Shown here: positions 18,825 to 28,486 of the stretch, piece after piece
Layout: the number at the start of each line of letters is the position of its first letter
Position numbering within the stretch: the stretch's first letter is position 1
NCBI GenBank assembly: GCA_041483895.1
Contig: JBGPGO010000018.1
Span: forward strand, 1-64,000
Direction: 5' to 3'
Length of the DNA stretch: 64,000 nucleotides
Source: Fimbriimonadia bacterium
Lineage (GTDB): Bacteria; Armatimonadota; Fimbriimonadia; Fimbriimonadales; JABRVX01
Notes under the pieces: model-generated
What the model was told of the DNA's origin: nothing
The model's input: only the letters and a program-made list of their open reading frames with translations
Databases searched by the model: none
Translations under genes and position numbers: made by a program

Positions 18825-19610
18825 ATGAGATCTTTGTATACGGCCGCGGCCGGCATGGCCGCGCAGCAGTTCAATCTGGACGTCATCGCCAACAACCTGG
18901 CGAACGTCAACACCACCGGTTTCAAGCAGTCCCGCGCCGAGTTCCAGGACATGGTGTACCAACTCATGCGAAGCTCCGGCACCCAAAGCGGGGCGGGCAT
19001 CAACAGTCCATCGGCCCTCGAGGTCGGTCTCGGTGCGCGCATTGTCGCCACCACCAGCCAGTTTGAACAGGGCGCGCTCCAGACCAGCACCAACAAGTTC
19101 GACATGGCAATCCAGGGCGACGGCTTCTTCAAGGTGCAGCTCGCGGACGGGACCTTCGCCTACTCCCGGGACGGCAGCTTCAAGCCGGACGCCACCGGCC
19201 GCCTCGTAACCAGCGATGGCTTCCCCATTCAGCCGGAGTTTCTCGTACCGACCGACGCCGTTTCCTTCACGATTGGCACGGAAGGCACGGTCCAAATCCA
19301 GCGCGCGGGTTCCGCGACAGTCGAGTCGCTGGGGCAGGTCTTGCTCACGAAATTCCCCAATCCCGCGGGACTGGAAGCCGTCGGCCGCAACCTATACAAG
19401 GAGACCGCGGCCAGCGGCACGGGAACGGACGTGGCGCCGGGATCGCAAGGCGTGGGCAGCATCACCCAATATGCCTTGGAAAACTCCAACGTCCAGATCG
19501 TTGAGGAGATGGTCAAGATGATCCTCGCGCAGAGAGCATACGAGATCAACTCCAAGGCCATCCAGACCGCCGACGACATGCTCGGCACGACCAACAACAT
19601 CAAACGATAA
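18825..19610 (+). CDS. flgG: Flagellar distal rod protein FlgG
   Basis: ANNLANVNTTGFKQSRAEFQD, LENSNVQIVEEMV..I.AQRAYEINSKAIQTAD. Confidence 0.95.
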   Translation: MRSLYTAAAGMAAQQFNLDVIANNLANVNTTGFKQSRAEFQDMVYQLMRSSGTQSGAGINSPSALEVGLGARIVATTSQFEQGALQTSTNKFDMAIQGDGFFKVQLADGTFAYSRDGSFKPDATGRLVTSDGFPIQPEFLVPTDAVSFTIGTEGTVQIQRAGSATVESLGQVLLTKFPNPAGLEAVGRNLYKETAASGTGTDVAPGSQGVGSITQYALENSNVQIVEEMVKMILAQRAYEINSKAIQTADDMLGTTNNIKR

Positions 19611-20734
19611 TGATCTGGCTATTCCTCACACCGCTTAGCGTGAATTGGGAAATCAAGGGCGAAGGGCTGTTCCGGCTCCTCGACCACGAGCGTCCTGTAT
19701 ATAGCAGGGACGGCCATTTCTATGTCGGTAAGGATGGGGCGCTCCACAGTCCCATAGGCCCCGCCCTCGACCCTCCGGTTCGGGTTCCGAAAGATACTCT
19801 GTCGCTCCAACTCGGACCGGAGGGGGAGATTTATGCCGTCCCGTCCGCCGGGAAGGAAGAGATCGGTCGGCTTTCGCTCGCCCGGTTCATTTCGGGCCAA
19901 GACTACCCGATCGTCGGCTGCCCCGGCACAAACGGCTTCGGCACAGTAGACGCGGGCCGTCTTGCCGATACCAAATCAATTGCCGAATCCATGGCCCGCG
20001 TTGTCGCCGACCACAAAACAACCACCGAACCCATGGCTCGTGTTGCCGACGACAACTTCGCAATCGTCGTCCCAGGCAACGCCTCGGTCAACGGCGCGGA
20101 AATCCGCCTGCAAGACATCGCCAACGTGGACGACGCCCGGATCAAAACGCTCTCCCTTGGCTCTTCCCCACTGGCGGGTGGGACACGCACGCTGACCCGC
20201 GATCAGGTGATGACCAAGCTGAAGGCCGCAGGGGTGGATGCCCGGCTGGACATGCCTCCATCGATAACCATCACCCGCGCCGCGCAAGACATCCCAGCCA
20301 ACAGGTTCATCGACGCCGCAAAAAAGGCGATGGCCGGCGTGGAAGGCTTTGACGAGAAGACGTTCCTCCCGTCCACATCCGGTAAGACCTATCGCACCCC
20401 CGCCGGGGCGATCGAGATAACCGCCGGCCAGCCTGTGAAAATCGGCCAGGGGTGGGCGGTCTCCGTGCAGGCGGTGCAGGATGGCAAAGCCGCCGTTTCC
20501 GTCCCGGTGCGATTCCAACCGGCCCCCGCAGCCGCGACCCCAATCGTCCATGCGGTAAAAGTCGGCGACCAAGTGACCGTCCGGTGCGAGAGTGGCGCCC
20601 TTGTCTTGGACACCATCGGCATCGTCCGCCAAGCGGGCGCGGTCGGCGAGCAGGTCAACGTCACCATCGTCTCCACCAAAAAGCTGATCCGCGCCGAGGT
20701 CATCGACGCAACGACCGTGAGGGTGATTCCATGA
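19610..20734 (+). CDS. flgA: FlgA-like P-ring assembly chaperone with N-terminal FlgG/FlgE-like rod domain
   Basis: N-terminal IKGEGLFRL..YSRDGHF rod-type motif; central IRLQDIA..LGSSPLAG; C-terminal VKVGDQVTV...GAVGEQVNV...A.VID FlgA-like end; position between flgG and flgH. Confidence 0.7.
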   Translation: MIWLFLTPLSVNWEIKGEGLFRLLDHERPVYSRDGHFYVGKDGALHSPIGPALDPPVRVPKDTLSLQLGPEGEIYAVPSAGKEEIGRLSLARFISGQDYPIVGCPGTNGFGTVDAGRLADTKSIAESMARVVADHKTTTEPMARVADDNFAIVVPGNASVNGAEIRLQDIANVDDARIKTLSLGSSPLAGGTRTLTRDQVMTKLKAAGVDARLDMPPSITITRAAQDIPANRFIDAAKKAMAGVEGFDEKTFLPSTSGKTYRTPAGAIEITAGQPVKIGQGWAVSVQAVQDGKAAVSVPVRFQPAPAAATPIVHAVKVGDQVTVRCESGALVLDTIGIVRQAGAVGEQVNVTIVSTKKLIRAEVIDATTVRVIP

Positions 20735-21321
20735 AAACAGTTCTTATCGCATTCGCATGCTGTGCCACCTGCGCTTTCGGACAAAAAGACGGGTCGCTCT
20801 GGAACGACAGCCAAGGTGTTCCCTTCCGCGATACGAAGGCGGCCAAAGTCGGCGACGTTCTGACCATCCTGATCACCGAGAACAGCTCCGCCACATCCAA
20901 GGCGGAAACGAAGACCGCGAAGGACGAATCGATGTCGACGACCGCCGGCCTCGGTCCCATCCTCAAGCGGCTCCTTCCCGAATGGGGCGCGAGCGGCAAA
21001 GAGGCAAGCAACGCGACGGGAAGCACCTCTCGAAGCGGCTCCCTGAGCGCAAAGATGAGCGTCGTGATCAAGCGCGTCCTGCCCAATGGCTCGATGGAGA
21101 TCGAGGGCAAGCGCGACGTGATGGTCAACAAGGAGGTCCAGAAGCTGGTCCTCACCGGCATCGTCCGGCCCTACGATATCGGCCCGGATAACACGGTTCC
21201 CTCGTACCTGATCGCCAACGCGGACATTCGGTACGAAGGCAAGGGCCCGATCGGCGACAAGCAGTCGGACGGCCTCATTATGAGGGCGTTCAAATGGCTG
21301 TTCGGAGGGCTGATTAAGTGA
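20731..21321 (+). CDS. flgH: Flagellar L-ring protein FlgH
   Basis: GSLW, DTKAAKVGDVLTILITE, VLPNGSMEIEGK, GIVRPYDI..NTVPS..IANA. Confidence 0.92.
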   Translation: MKTVLIAFACCATCAFGQKDGSLWNDSQGVPFRDTKAAKVGDVLTILITENSSATSKAETKTAKDESMSTTAGLGPILKRLLPEWGASGKEASNATGSTSRSGSLSAKMSVVIKRVLPNGSMEIEGKRDVMVNKEVQKLVLTGIVRPYDIGPDNTVPSYLIANADIRYEGKGPIGDKQSDGLIMRAFKWLFGGLIK

Positions 21322-22436
21322 AGAAACTAATCATTCTCTTGGCGCTCGGCGGCCTCACGGCGCACGGGCAGGAGCTGTCCACCTCGCAGTCCACGCGCAT
21401 CAAGGACATCGCCACAATCCGCGGAGCGCGAAGCAACCAGCTTACCGGCCTTGGCATCGTCGTCGGCCTGGAGGGAACGGGCGATACGAAGGCCACGCCG
21501 CAGCTCCAGCAGGCCATTGCCAACTTGATGCGAAAGGCCGGAATCCAGGTAGAGCCGGCCCAGATGAGCCTCAAAAACTCTGCCATCGTTTACGTCACAG
21601 GGGAGCTGCCGCCGTTCGCCCAACCGGGGACCAGGATCGATGTGAACGTCAGCAGCTTGGGAGACGCGAAGAGTTTGCAGGGCGGGACGCTGCTGCAGAC
21701 GCCTCTGTTTGGCGCTGCCTCGCAGGAGATCGCTTATGCCGTCGCCGCGGGGCCACTCAGCATCGGCGGCTTCAACTTCTCCGCCGGAGGCTCTTCGGTC
21801 CAAAAGAATCACGTGACAGCCGGGCGAATTCCCGATGGCGCCATCGTCGAACATGCGGTCGATTCGGAGTTTCTTACCAACAAGCAGCTTTTTATTCAAC
21901 TGATGAAGTCGGACTTTACGACCGCCAACAACGTGGTGGAGTCCATCAACAAGGCCTATCCGGACTATGCCGTACGAGCGTTGGACAGCGCGACCATCCG
22001 AATTTCCGCCCCGGACGTGAAGATGTTCGACCCCGTCCGATTTGTCTCCGAATTGGAGTTGCTTCCGGTCAAAGTGGACGTTCCGGCGGTCATCGTGGTT
22101 AACGAGCGGACGGGCACGATTGTAATCGGCGAGAATGTCAGGCTCCGTCCGGCGGCCATCGCGCACGGTGGGATCAGCGTCACGATAACCAAGACCAACA
22201 CCGTTTCCCAGCCGCCGCCGCTCACCGGCAACAACGGCACGGCCCTGCCGGTTGAGAACACGGAAGTCAAAGTGAAGGAGAGTCCGGCCCGGATCGCCTT
22301 CCTCGACGGCATGCCGACCGTGGCGGACGTGGTCAAGGCGCTGAACCTGCTTGGCGTAACCCCTCGCGATCTGATTTCCATCCTCCAGGCCCTGCGGCAG
22401 GCAGGCGCTTTGCAGGCCCAAATCGAGGTGCAATGA
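21318..22436 (+). CDS. flgI: Flagellar P-ring protein FlgI
   Basis: RIKDIA, NQLTGLGIVVGLEGTGD, LGDAKSLQGGTLL, NERTGTIVIG. Confidence 0.95.
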   Translation: MKKLIILLALGGLTAHGQELSTSQSTRIKDIATIRGARSNQLTGLGIVVGLEGTGDTKATPQLQQAIANLMRKAGIQVEPAQMSLKNSAIVYVTGELPPFAQPGTRIDVNVSSLGDAKSLQGGTLLQTPLFGAASQEIAYAVAAGPLSIGGFNFSAGGSSVQKNHVTAGRIPDGAIVEHAVDSEFLTNKQLFIQLMKSDFTTANNVVESINKAYPDYAVRALDSATIRISAPDVKMFDPVRFVSELELLPVKVDVPAVIVVNERTGTIVIGENVRLRPAAIAHGGISVTITKTNTVSQPPPLTGNNGTALPVENTEVKVKESPARIAFLDGMPTVADVVKALNLLGVTPRDLISILQALRQAGALQAQIEVQ

Positions 22437-22735
22437 TGCTAATTCCAGCAATCCCGGCAATCTCCCAGGCGAAAGCGATCGCCCAAAAAGGGAAAGAACT
22501 ACGAAAGGCTACCCAGGGATTGGAAGCCCATTTCGTCCATCAGCTCCTGACGGCCATGCGCCGGACGGTTCCGAATCAGCCCGGGGGCGCGAACGCCATC
22601 TACTCGGACATGATGGATGAGTCGGTTGCCAAGCAGGTCGCCGAAAACGGCGGCATCGGCATCGGCAACCTGCTATACGACAAGTTGGCCCCGGTCTTCT
22701 TGCGGGGCATGAAAGCAAAGGATGGCCAAAAGTGA
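22433..22735 (+). CDS. flgJ: FlgJ rod-binding domain protein (no muramidase domain)
   Basis: LRKATQGLEAHFVHQLLTAMRRTVP, YSDMMD, GGIGIGNLLY. Confidence 0.8.
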   Translation: MMLIPAIPAISQAKAIAQKGKELRKATQGLEAHFVHQLLTAMRRTVPNQPGGANAIYSDMMDESVAKQVAENGGIGIGNLLYDKLAPVFLRGMKAKDGQK

Positions 22736-23205
22736 CAACGCACCAGCTCGCACAGCTTTGGACGGAATGGATTGGGCGGGCCGAATCGCTGCAATCCGCT
22801 CTCGCGGAGCAAAAAGAGGCCCTCATCGCTCGGGAGATGGACCGGGTCGAGAATCTGATTCCCGTCGTCGAAGACCGGCGAACCGCGCTCCTCGATGCGG
22901 ACGAACGGGCGAGAGAGGCCTGCATCAACCTGGCTGCCGAACTCGGGGTCGGCGCGTCGCTGCCGGCCATCGCCAAGAAGCTCCAACCGTTGGAATCGGC
23001 CCGGCTTCGGAACCTGGCGGCAAAGGTAACCAAGCACGGCGAGGCGATACGAAACGCCCTCATCCAGAACCACGCGCTGGTGGAGAATGAGCTTTCCTAC
23101 ACGGCCGTCACCCTCTCGCTCATCGGCCAAGCGCTGCGCGAACCGGCCACGCCTTACATGGGGTCCACTGAACCTGGCGCACTGTCGCTGGACAGGAAGG
23201 TATAG
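22732..23205 (+). CDS. flgN: Flagellar export chaperone FlgN
   Basis: Helical 157-aa protein directly before flgK, N..L motif, ending in LDRKV. Confidence 0.7.
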   Translation: MTTHQLAQLWTEWIGRAESLQSALAEQKEALIAREMDRVENLIPVVEDRRTALLDADERAREACINLAAELGVGASLPAIAKKLQPLESARLRNLAAKVTKHGEAIRNALIQNHALVENELSYTAVTLSLIGQALREPATPYMGSTEPGALSLDRKV

Positions 23206-23207
23206 CC

Positions 23208-24578
23208 ATGCCATCATCATTCTTCGGCATCAACATGGCGGGGAACGCTCTGCGGGCATTCCAGAACGCGATGCTCGTTACGTCGAACAACATCGCGAAC
23301 GTAAACACCCCGGGATATTCGCGCCAGTCGGTGCTTTTCACCGAGACCAACCCGCAGACCTACCAAGGCATTCGCCAGTTCACATTCGGCGGCGGCGTGG
23401 ACGTCTACAACATCTCGCGTATTCGGGATAAGTTCCTGGAAAATCGCTACGCCCAGACCAGCCAGGACCAGGCGAAATACTCGACGCTCGCCGGCCAGCT
23501 CAAGCTTACCGAGACATCGTTCGGGGAGCTGTCTTCCACCAATGGCATCTCGACGAAGCTCGACAGTTTTTTCAACGCATTCCAGACCCTCAGCAGCAAT
23601 CCAAGCGACCTCAGCATCCGGTCAACGGTGCGAGACGCGGCGAGCAGCCTCGCGAGCCAGTTTCGGAGTCTGAGCGCCGATCTGTCGCAGCAGCGGACCG
23701 GCTCGACCGACGAAATCACCTCGAAAATTGGAACGCTCAACGATCTGGCCACGAAGGTGGCGGACATCAACAAGCAGATTACCGCCGCCGAGGGAGCGGG
23801 GTCATCGCCGAACGACCTGTACGATCAGCGGGACACCATCGTGCGCCAGATGTCTCAATTGGCCGACGTGCGAACGAACATCACTTCCAACGGGACGATG
23901 CAGATCTTCGTGGACCAGCACACGCTCGTGGATCAGGGTGGCGCGCACGCGCTCTCAACGAACATCGACTTGGCCACCAATACCATCGACGAAAACGGTC
24001 TGAAAATCCGAATCACCGGCGGCGAAATCGGCGGGTCCTTTGACGCGCTCAGCAAGCTCAGCGGCTACCAGACGAACCTCGATACGCTGGCAAGCGAAGT
24101 CATCACCCAAGTCAACACGCTGCATAGTTCGGGCTATGCGCTGGACGGCTCGACCGGACATGACCTGCTTGCAGGCACGAGCGCAGCAGACATGAACCTC
24201 AGCGACGACGTGAAGGCAAGCGCTTCCAACATCGTTGCTGCGTCGCTAAACGCTCCGGGAGATGGCAGCCTCGCACTGGCGATTTCCCAGCTTCGGGACC
24301 AGAGTCTTGCCAATCTGAGCGGCTCCACGTTTGGGCAATATTACAAAGATTTGGCCATTGGGGTGGCCACCGATCTCAACACCGCGCAAGGGGCGGCGGA
24401 CGCGCAGACCGCCATCCGAGGCCAGATCGACGCCCAGGTCCAGGCGACGTCGGGCGTCAACCTGGATGAAGAGATGACAAATCTGCTCAAATACCAACGC
24501 AGCTACGAGGCGGCCGCGAAGATGTTCACGATCATGGATCAGGTGATATCGGAAACCATCCAGCAGTTCGGGAGGTAA
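23208..24578 (+). CDS. flgK: Flagellar hook-associated protein FlgK
   Basis: SNNIANVNTPGYSRQ, NDLYDQRD, SGVNLDEEMTNLLKYQRSYEAAAK. Confidence 0.95.
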   Translation: MPSSFFGINMAGNALRAFQNAMLVTSNNIANVNTPGYSRQSVLFTETNPQTYQGIRQFTFGGGVDVYNISRIRDKFLENRYAQTSQDQAKYSTLAGQLKLTETSFGELSSTNGISTKLDSFFNAFQTLSSNPSDLSIRSTVRDAASSLASQFRSLSADLSQQRTGSTDEITSKIGTLNDLATKVADINKQITAAEGAGSSPNDLYDQRDTIVRQMSQLADVRTNITSNGTMQIFVDQHTLVDQGGAHALSTNIDLATNTIDENGLKIRITGGEIGGSFDALSKLSGYQTNLDTLASEVITQVNTLHSSGYALDGSTGHDLLAGTSAADMNLSDDVKASASNIVAASLNAPGDGSLALAISQLRDQSLANLSGSTFGQYYKDLAIGVATDLNTAQGAADAQTAIRGQIDAQVQATSGVNLDEEMTNLLKYQRSYEAAAKMFTIMDQVISETIQQFGR

Positions 24579-24584
24579 GAATCG

Positions 24585-25475
24585 ATGAGAATCAGCACGG
24601 ACTATCAGTTCACATCGAGCACAGAGCAGATGGGCAAGGCGCTGGAACGGATGTTTAAGGCGGGACAGGTGGTCCAGACCGGCGTCCGAGTTCAGAATCC
24701 TTCGGATGACCCGTTCGCGGCTTCCGTCGTCCTTGGCCTCCAGAGCGCCCTCAGCAATAACCAGCAGTACCAACAGAACATCAAATTGGTTCAAGGCAAA
24801 ATCAACTCCAGCGAATCAGCGATCAGCGAGGTCAGCGACCTGCTCAATGAGGCCCGGACGCTCACTTTGGCCGGCGCGAATGGTACTAACGACCAGCAGG
24901 GTCGGGACGCGATGGTCGCCCAGATCAGCCGCATTCAAGAACGATTGGTTCAAATTGGCAATACGGAATACGTCCCTGGACAGTACCTATTCGCGGGGAC
25001 ACAGGTCGCAACGAAACCTTTTACCGTTTCTGGTGGGGTAATCACTTACAATGGCGACACCAACACGAACAACGTCGAAGTGCAAAAAGGCCAAACGCAG
25101 AAGTCCAACGTGGTTGTAAACCAGATGATTACCGATATTTACAATACGCTGGAAACCGTGAAAGCGGACCTGTCCGGCGGGAATCTCAATAAGCTCGGTA
25201 CGGAAGACCTGGATGCGATTGATGGCGTGAGCAAGACTACACTCGCGACGCGGGGAGATTTGGGCTCCCTGTTGCAGTTGCTGGACGCCACCACGAAGCA
25301 GCTGGGGACGCAAGAGGATAGCCTGAAGTCCCGTATCTCGGATAACAAGGATGCGGACCTGTCGCAGGCGATAACCGAGTATACGGCGGCGCAGAACGCA
25401 TACCAGGCGGTCCTGGCGACGGTTGCCGGGATGAACCAAGTGAGCCTTGTAAAGTTCATGACCGGGGGCATTTGA
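24585..25475 (+). CDS. flgL: Flagellar hook-associated protein FlgL
   Basis: MRIST, TGVRVQNPSDDP, YLFAGT, flagellin-like C-terminus. Confidence 0.92.
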   Translation: MRISTDYQFTSSTEQMGKALERMFKAGQVVQTGVRVQNPSDDPFAASVVLGLQSALSNNQQYQQNIKLVQGKINSSESAISEVSDLLNEARTLTLAGANGTNDQQGRDAMVAQISRIQERLVQIGNTEYVPGQYLFAGTQVATKPFTVSGGVITYNGDTNTNNVEVQKGQTQKSNVVVNQMITDIYNTLETVKADLSGGNLNKLGTEDLDAIDGVSKTTLATRGDLGSLLQLLDATTKQLGTQEDSLKSRISDNKDADLSQAITEYTAAQNAYQAVLATVAGMNQVSLVKFMTGGI

Positions 25476-25504
25476 AGTTTATGACCGGGGGATAGAGCTG
25501 GCCT

Positions 25505-25960
25505 ATGATTGTGAAGACAACGCGATTTGGCGAGATAAATCTCGAAGAAGAGGATCGGATCACTTTGGCGGATGGGATGCTGGGCTTTCCCGATTTTCGG
25601 GAATATGTCCTCATCCAGCACCGGGAAGGCAGTCCGTTCCGGTGGCTGCAGTCGCTAAACGAGCCGTCTCTCGCGTTTTTGGTCGTTCCACCCGCGCAGA
25701 TTCTCAACGACTATTCCCCGACAATCGCCGAAGAAGAGGCCGCCGCGATTGGCGTTGGAGCGGATTCCCCGCTCCTTACGTTCGTCGTGGTGACGATTCC
25801 GAAAGGAAATCCCCACGGGATGACCGTTAATCTTGCTGGGCCAATCATAATTAACCCGGAGAACCGCTTCGGCCGCCAAATCGTCGTGGAAAACACGTGC
25901 TATGGCACGAAGCATTCGGTTCTGGAGGGATTGCAGACGTTCCGTCAGGTCGCGGCGTAG
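25505..25960 (+). CDS. fliW: Flagellar assembly factor FliW
   Basis: TTRFGEI, GMLGFP, WLQS..EPSLAFLV, TVNLAGPIIIN. Confidence 0.93.
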   Translation: MIVKTTRFGEINLEEEDRITLADGMLGFPDFREYVLIQHREGSPFRWLQSLNEPSLAFLVVPPAQILNDYSPTIAEEEAAAIGVGADSPLLTFVVVTIPKGNPHGMTVNLAGPIIINPENRFGRQIVVENTCYGTKHSVLEGLQTFRQVAA

Positions 25961-26029
25961 AATCGTCGGCTGACGAGCGGAATTTTGGCGCATTTTGCGC
26001 GCGACGAGCCAGGGAGGGCCGACGACAAC

Positions 26030-26248
26030 ATGTTAGTGCTGACCCGCAAGGTCCACCAAAGCATTATGATCGGAGACAGCATCGAGGTAGTTGTGCTGGA
26101 GGTCCGCGGCGAGCAGGTGCGGATCGGCATCCGGGCTCCCAAGACCGTCCCCGTGCATCGGAAAGAGATTTTCGAACAGATCCAGTCGGAGAACGAGGAA
26201 GCCGCCAAGACACAGCCTGAAGACGTCCCCGACTCGCGGAGCGCCTAG
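26030..26248 (+). CDS. csrA: Carbon storage regulator CsrA
   Basis: [31 protein letters not shown]. Confidence 0.96.
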   Translation: MLVLTRKVHQSIMIGDSIEVVVLEVRGEQVRIGIRAPKTVPVHRKEIFEQIQSENEEAAKTQPEDVPDSRSA

Positions 26249-26730
26249 TTCCCTTCCAGCGGCGTTGCCGTCGCCGCCGCCACGATCATCCATCGGGGCT
26301 CTTTGAAGAATATCCACCGTCGGACCTCAGTTTTCTTGAACCGCAGCTCAAGGTCTTGCACCTCCTGCGTCTGCCGCTGCCCTAGCAGTGTGTACGCGAG
26401 ATGCACCGTCCCCAGATTGGCGATCGCCTTATTGCCGTTGAGGTTGATTTTGGGTGGTGAAACCGTCACGTTGATGTCTTTGGCCCGCTTCAGCGCCGAG
26501 CGAACCCATCGAACTGCCTGGTCGCCATTCATGCCCTCGATGTTGGCGTTCTGGGCGATGTAGTCCGTAATCTGACTCGGCTCGCCGGTCTCCGCCGCAG
26601 TCTTCGCTTGCTCAATCAGCGCCTGGATCTGGTCCAGATCCGGAACAGGCGGCTCCGCCAGCACGGTCGCCACCCTTGCAAAGAGCAATATCGCCAGAAT
26701 TCCAGCGCCGATGAGCAGTTTCTTTTTCAT
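26245..26730 (-). CDS. Exported hypothetical protein, possible NTF2/SnoaL-like fold
   Basis: Signal peptide; helix plus strand pattern ending in W..V; fold is inferred. Confidence 0.55.
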   Translation of the reverse strand: MKKKLLIGAGILAILLFARVATVLAEPPVPDLDQIQALIEQAKTAAETGEPSQITDYIAQNANIEGMNGDQAVRWVRSALKRAKDINVTVSPPKINLNGNKAIANLGTVHLAYTLLGQRQTQEVQDLELRFKKTEVRRWIFFKEPRWMIVAAATATPLEGN

Positions 26731-26774
26731 AAGTCCTTACACAACTATGGGACGGCCCATGAGGGGAGTTTCGT

Positions 26775-27239
26775 TCAGAGGGTCAGCTCGAAGGCCAGGT
26801 CGCATCGATCGCAGACGATGCCGGCGCGCTCGACGAAGCCATGCGCGCGGTAGAGCCCGATCGCGGTGAGCATTTGCGTGTGGGTATCCAGATGGATCAT
26901 CTCGAATCCCGATGATCGCGCGAACGCGATGGCCTCTCCGAGCATGTGCTTTCCCAGTCCCCTGCCCCGCCACTCGGGAAGCAGGTACATCTTGCGCAAT
27001 TCGCATACGTCTGAGCTCAGTTTGGCGATCCCGACGGTGCCAACAATCGTTCCTCTGAGGTCGGTGAGCACCCAGAACCGGCCTCCGGAATTGTTGTAGT
27101 TGGCTTCGACGTCCAAGACATCGGCATCGGTATCCACCGCATCGAATTCCATGCCGAAGCTGTTGAGGACCCCGGTTACGACGCCGACAATACCCTGGGT
27201 GTCGCCATTGGAAGCTTGGCGGAAGATCGGCTCGCACAT
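26775..27239 (-). CDS. GNAT family N-acetyltransferase
   Basis: ELRKMYLLPEWRGRGLGK, AIGLYRAHGF. Confidence 0.9.
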   Translation of the reverse strand: MCEPIFRQASNGDTQGIVGVVTGVLNSFGMEFDAVDTDADVLDVEANYNNSGGRFWVLTDLRGTIVGTVGIAKLSSDVCELRKMYLLPEWRGRGLGKHMLGEAIAFARSSGFEMIHLDTHTQMLTAIGLYRAHGFVERAGIVCDRCDLAFELTL

Positions 27240-27244
27240 CGCAC

Positions 27245-28132
27245 TTATCGAGCCATGCCGATGCGGGTAAACGGTAGGAAGATGAATTCCGCGCGGCCGA
27301 TGACGCGCCATCGCTGCGTGAGGCCCCAATATCTGCCGTCGCTGCTGAAGGAACGGTTGTCCCCCATCATCAGGAAGTGGCCAAGGGGCAACGCCGCCGC
27401 CGGCTGGCTCCAAAGCTTGTCCTCCAGACCGCTAATGACATCGTGGATAGAGCGCCCGTTGATGCTCACACCCTCATGGGGGTCCTTTTGGAGCTGGATG
27501 TAGTACGGTGTGTCGGCGCGTCCCAGTTCGTGGATGATCATCTGCTCGTCCTCACTCAGCAGGCCTGGAGTGAGGTGGATGATCTTGAATTCCCTCTGTA
27601 TATCCGAGCCGAGGTACTTTTCCTCCACCTTTTGGTCGTTGCGATACAGATAGTAAGTGCCGGTCGCCGGATCCAATCTGGTCTCAATCTTCATTCCGGG
27701 GACGCCGATGCAGCGCTTGATGAAGTCCGTCTGCCCTTCCACCTGGCCGACATTCAGGGCCTCCCCCGGCGCCCGGAACACGACGATTTCCCCGACCCGC
27801 GGGTCCCGAATGCGATAGATGCCCTTATTGACGATGAGGTAGTCGTTCTTCATCAGCGTCTTTTCCATCGATTCCGACGGGATCCAGAACGTCTGCATCA
27901 GGTAAGGCCGGATGACGAGAAAGACGAGAATGCCGGCGTAAATGATGGCGTCTGCCAGATCGGCGACGAATCGTCCGGCTTTGAAGCCGGCCGTATCAGG
28001 GGCGCGGGCGGAAAGAAACAGCGCGCCGACCCGAACGATGGTCGCGATCAGCATCACCCACATCACCGTGGAATGGGGCGCCCTGGCTACCGATTCTACG
28101 AAGGCGGCAAGGCCGCTCGGCGCGGATTCCAT
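27245..28132 (-). CDS. lepB: Signal peptidase I
   Basis: IPSESMEKTL, FIKRCIGVPG, MGDNRSFSSDGRYWG. Confidence 0.94.
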   Translation of the reverse strand: MESAPSGLAAFVESVARAPHSTVMWVMLIATIVRVGALFLSARAPDTAGFKAGRFVADLADAIIYAGILVFLVIRPYLMQTFWIPSESMEKTLMKNDYLIVNKGIYRIRDPRVGEIVVFRAPGEALNVGQVEGQTDFIKRCIGVPGMKIETRLDPATGTYYLYRNDQKVEEKYLGSDIQREFKIIHLTPGLLSEDEQMIIHELGRADTPYYIQLQKDPHEGVSINGRSIHDVISGLEDKLWSQPAAALPLGHFLMMGDNRSFSSDGRYWGLTQRWRVIGRAEFIFLPFTRIGMAR

Positions 28133-28135
28133 CGA

Positions 28136-28486
28136 CTAGCGCTTCTCCTTGATGCGGGCTGCCTTCCCAATCTTCTTCCGCAGGTAGTACAGCTTCGCCC
28201 TTCGGACCTTTCCCTTGCGGGTGACGACGAACTTGGCGACGCGAGGAGAATGGAGCGGGAAGCTGCGCTCGACGCCGATGCTGTGGCTGATCTTGCGGAC
28301 GGTGACCGATTCCGCGACGCCGCCGTGCTTGAGGCCGATCACCGTGCCTTCGAAGACCTGAATTCGCTCCTTGCCGCCTTCAATTACCCGCACATGTACC
28401 TGGAGAGTATCGCCCGGGGCGATATCCGGCAGGTCTTCTTTGATGTTTTTTGCGGCCATGGAGGCCAAAATCTCACCTTGGTTCAT
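28136..28486 (-). CDS. rplS: 50S ribosomal protein L19
   Basis: [26 protein letters not shown]. Confidence 0.97.
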   Translation of the reverse strand: MNQGEILASMAAKNIKEDLPDIAPGDTLQVHVRVIEGGKERIQVFEGTVIGLKHGGVAESVTVRKISHSIGVERSFPLHSPRVAKFVVTRKGKVRRAKLYYLRKKIGKAARIKEKR

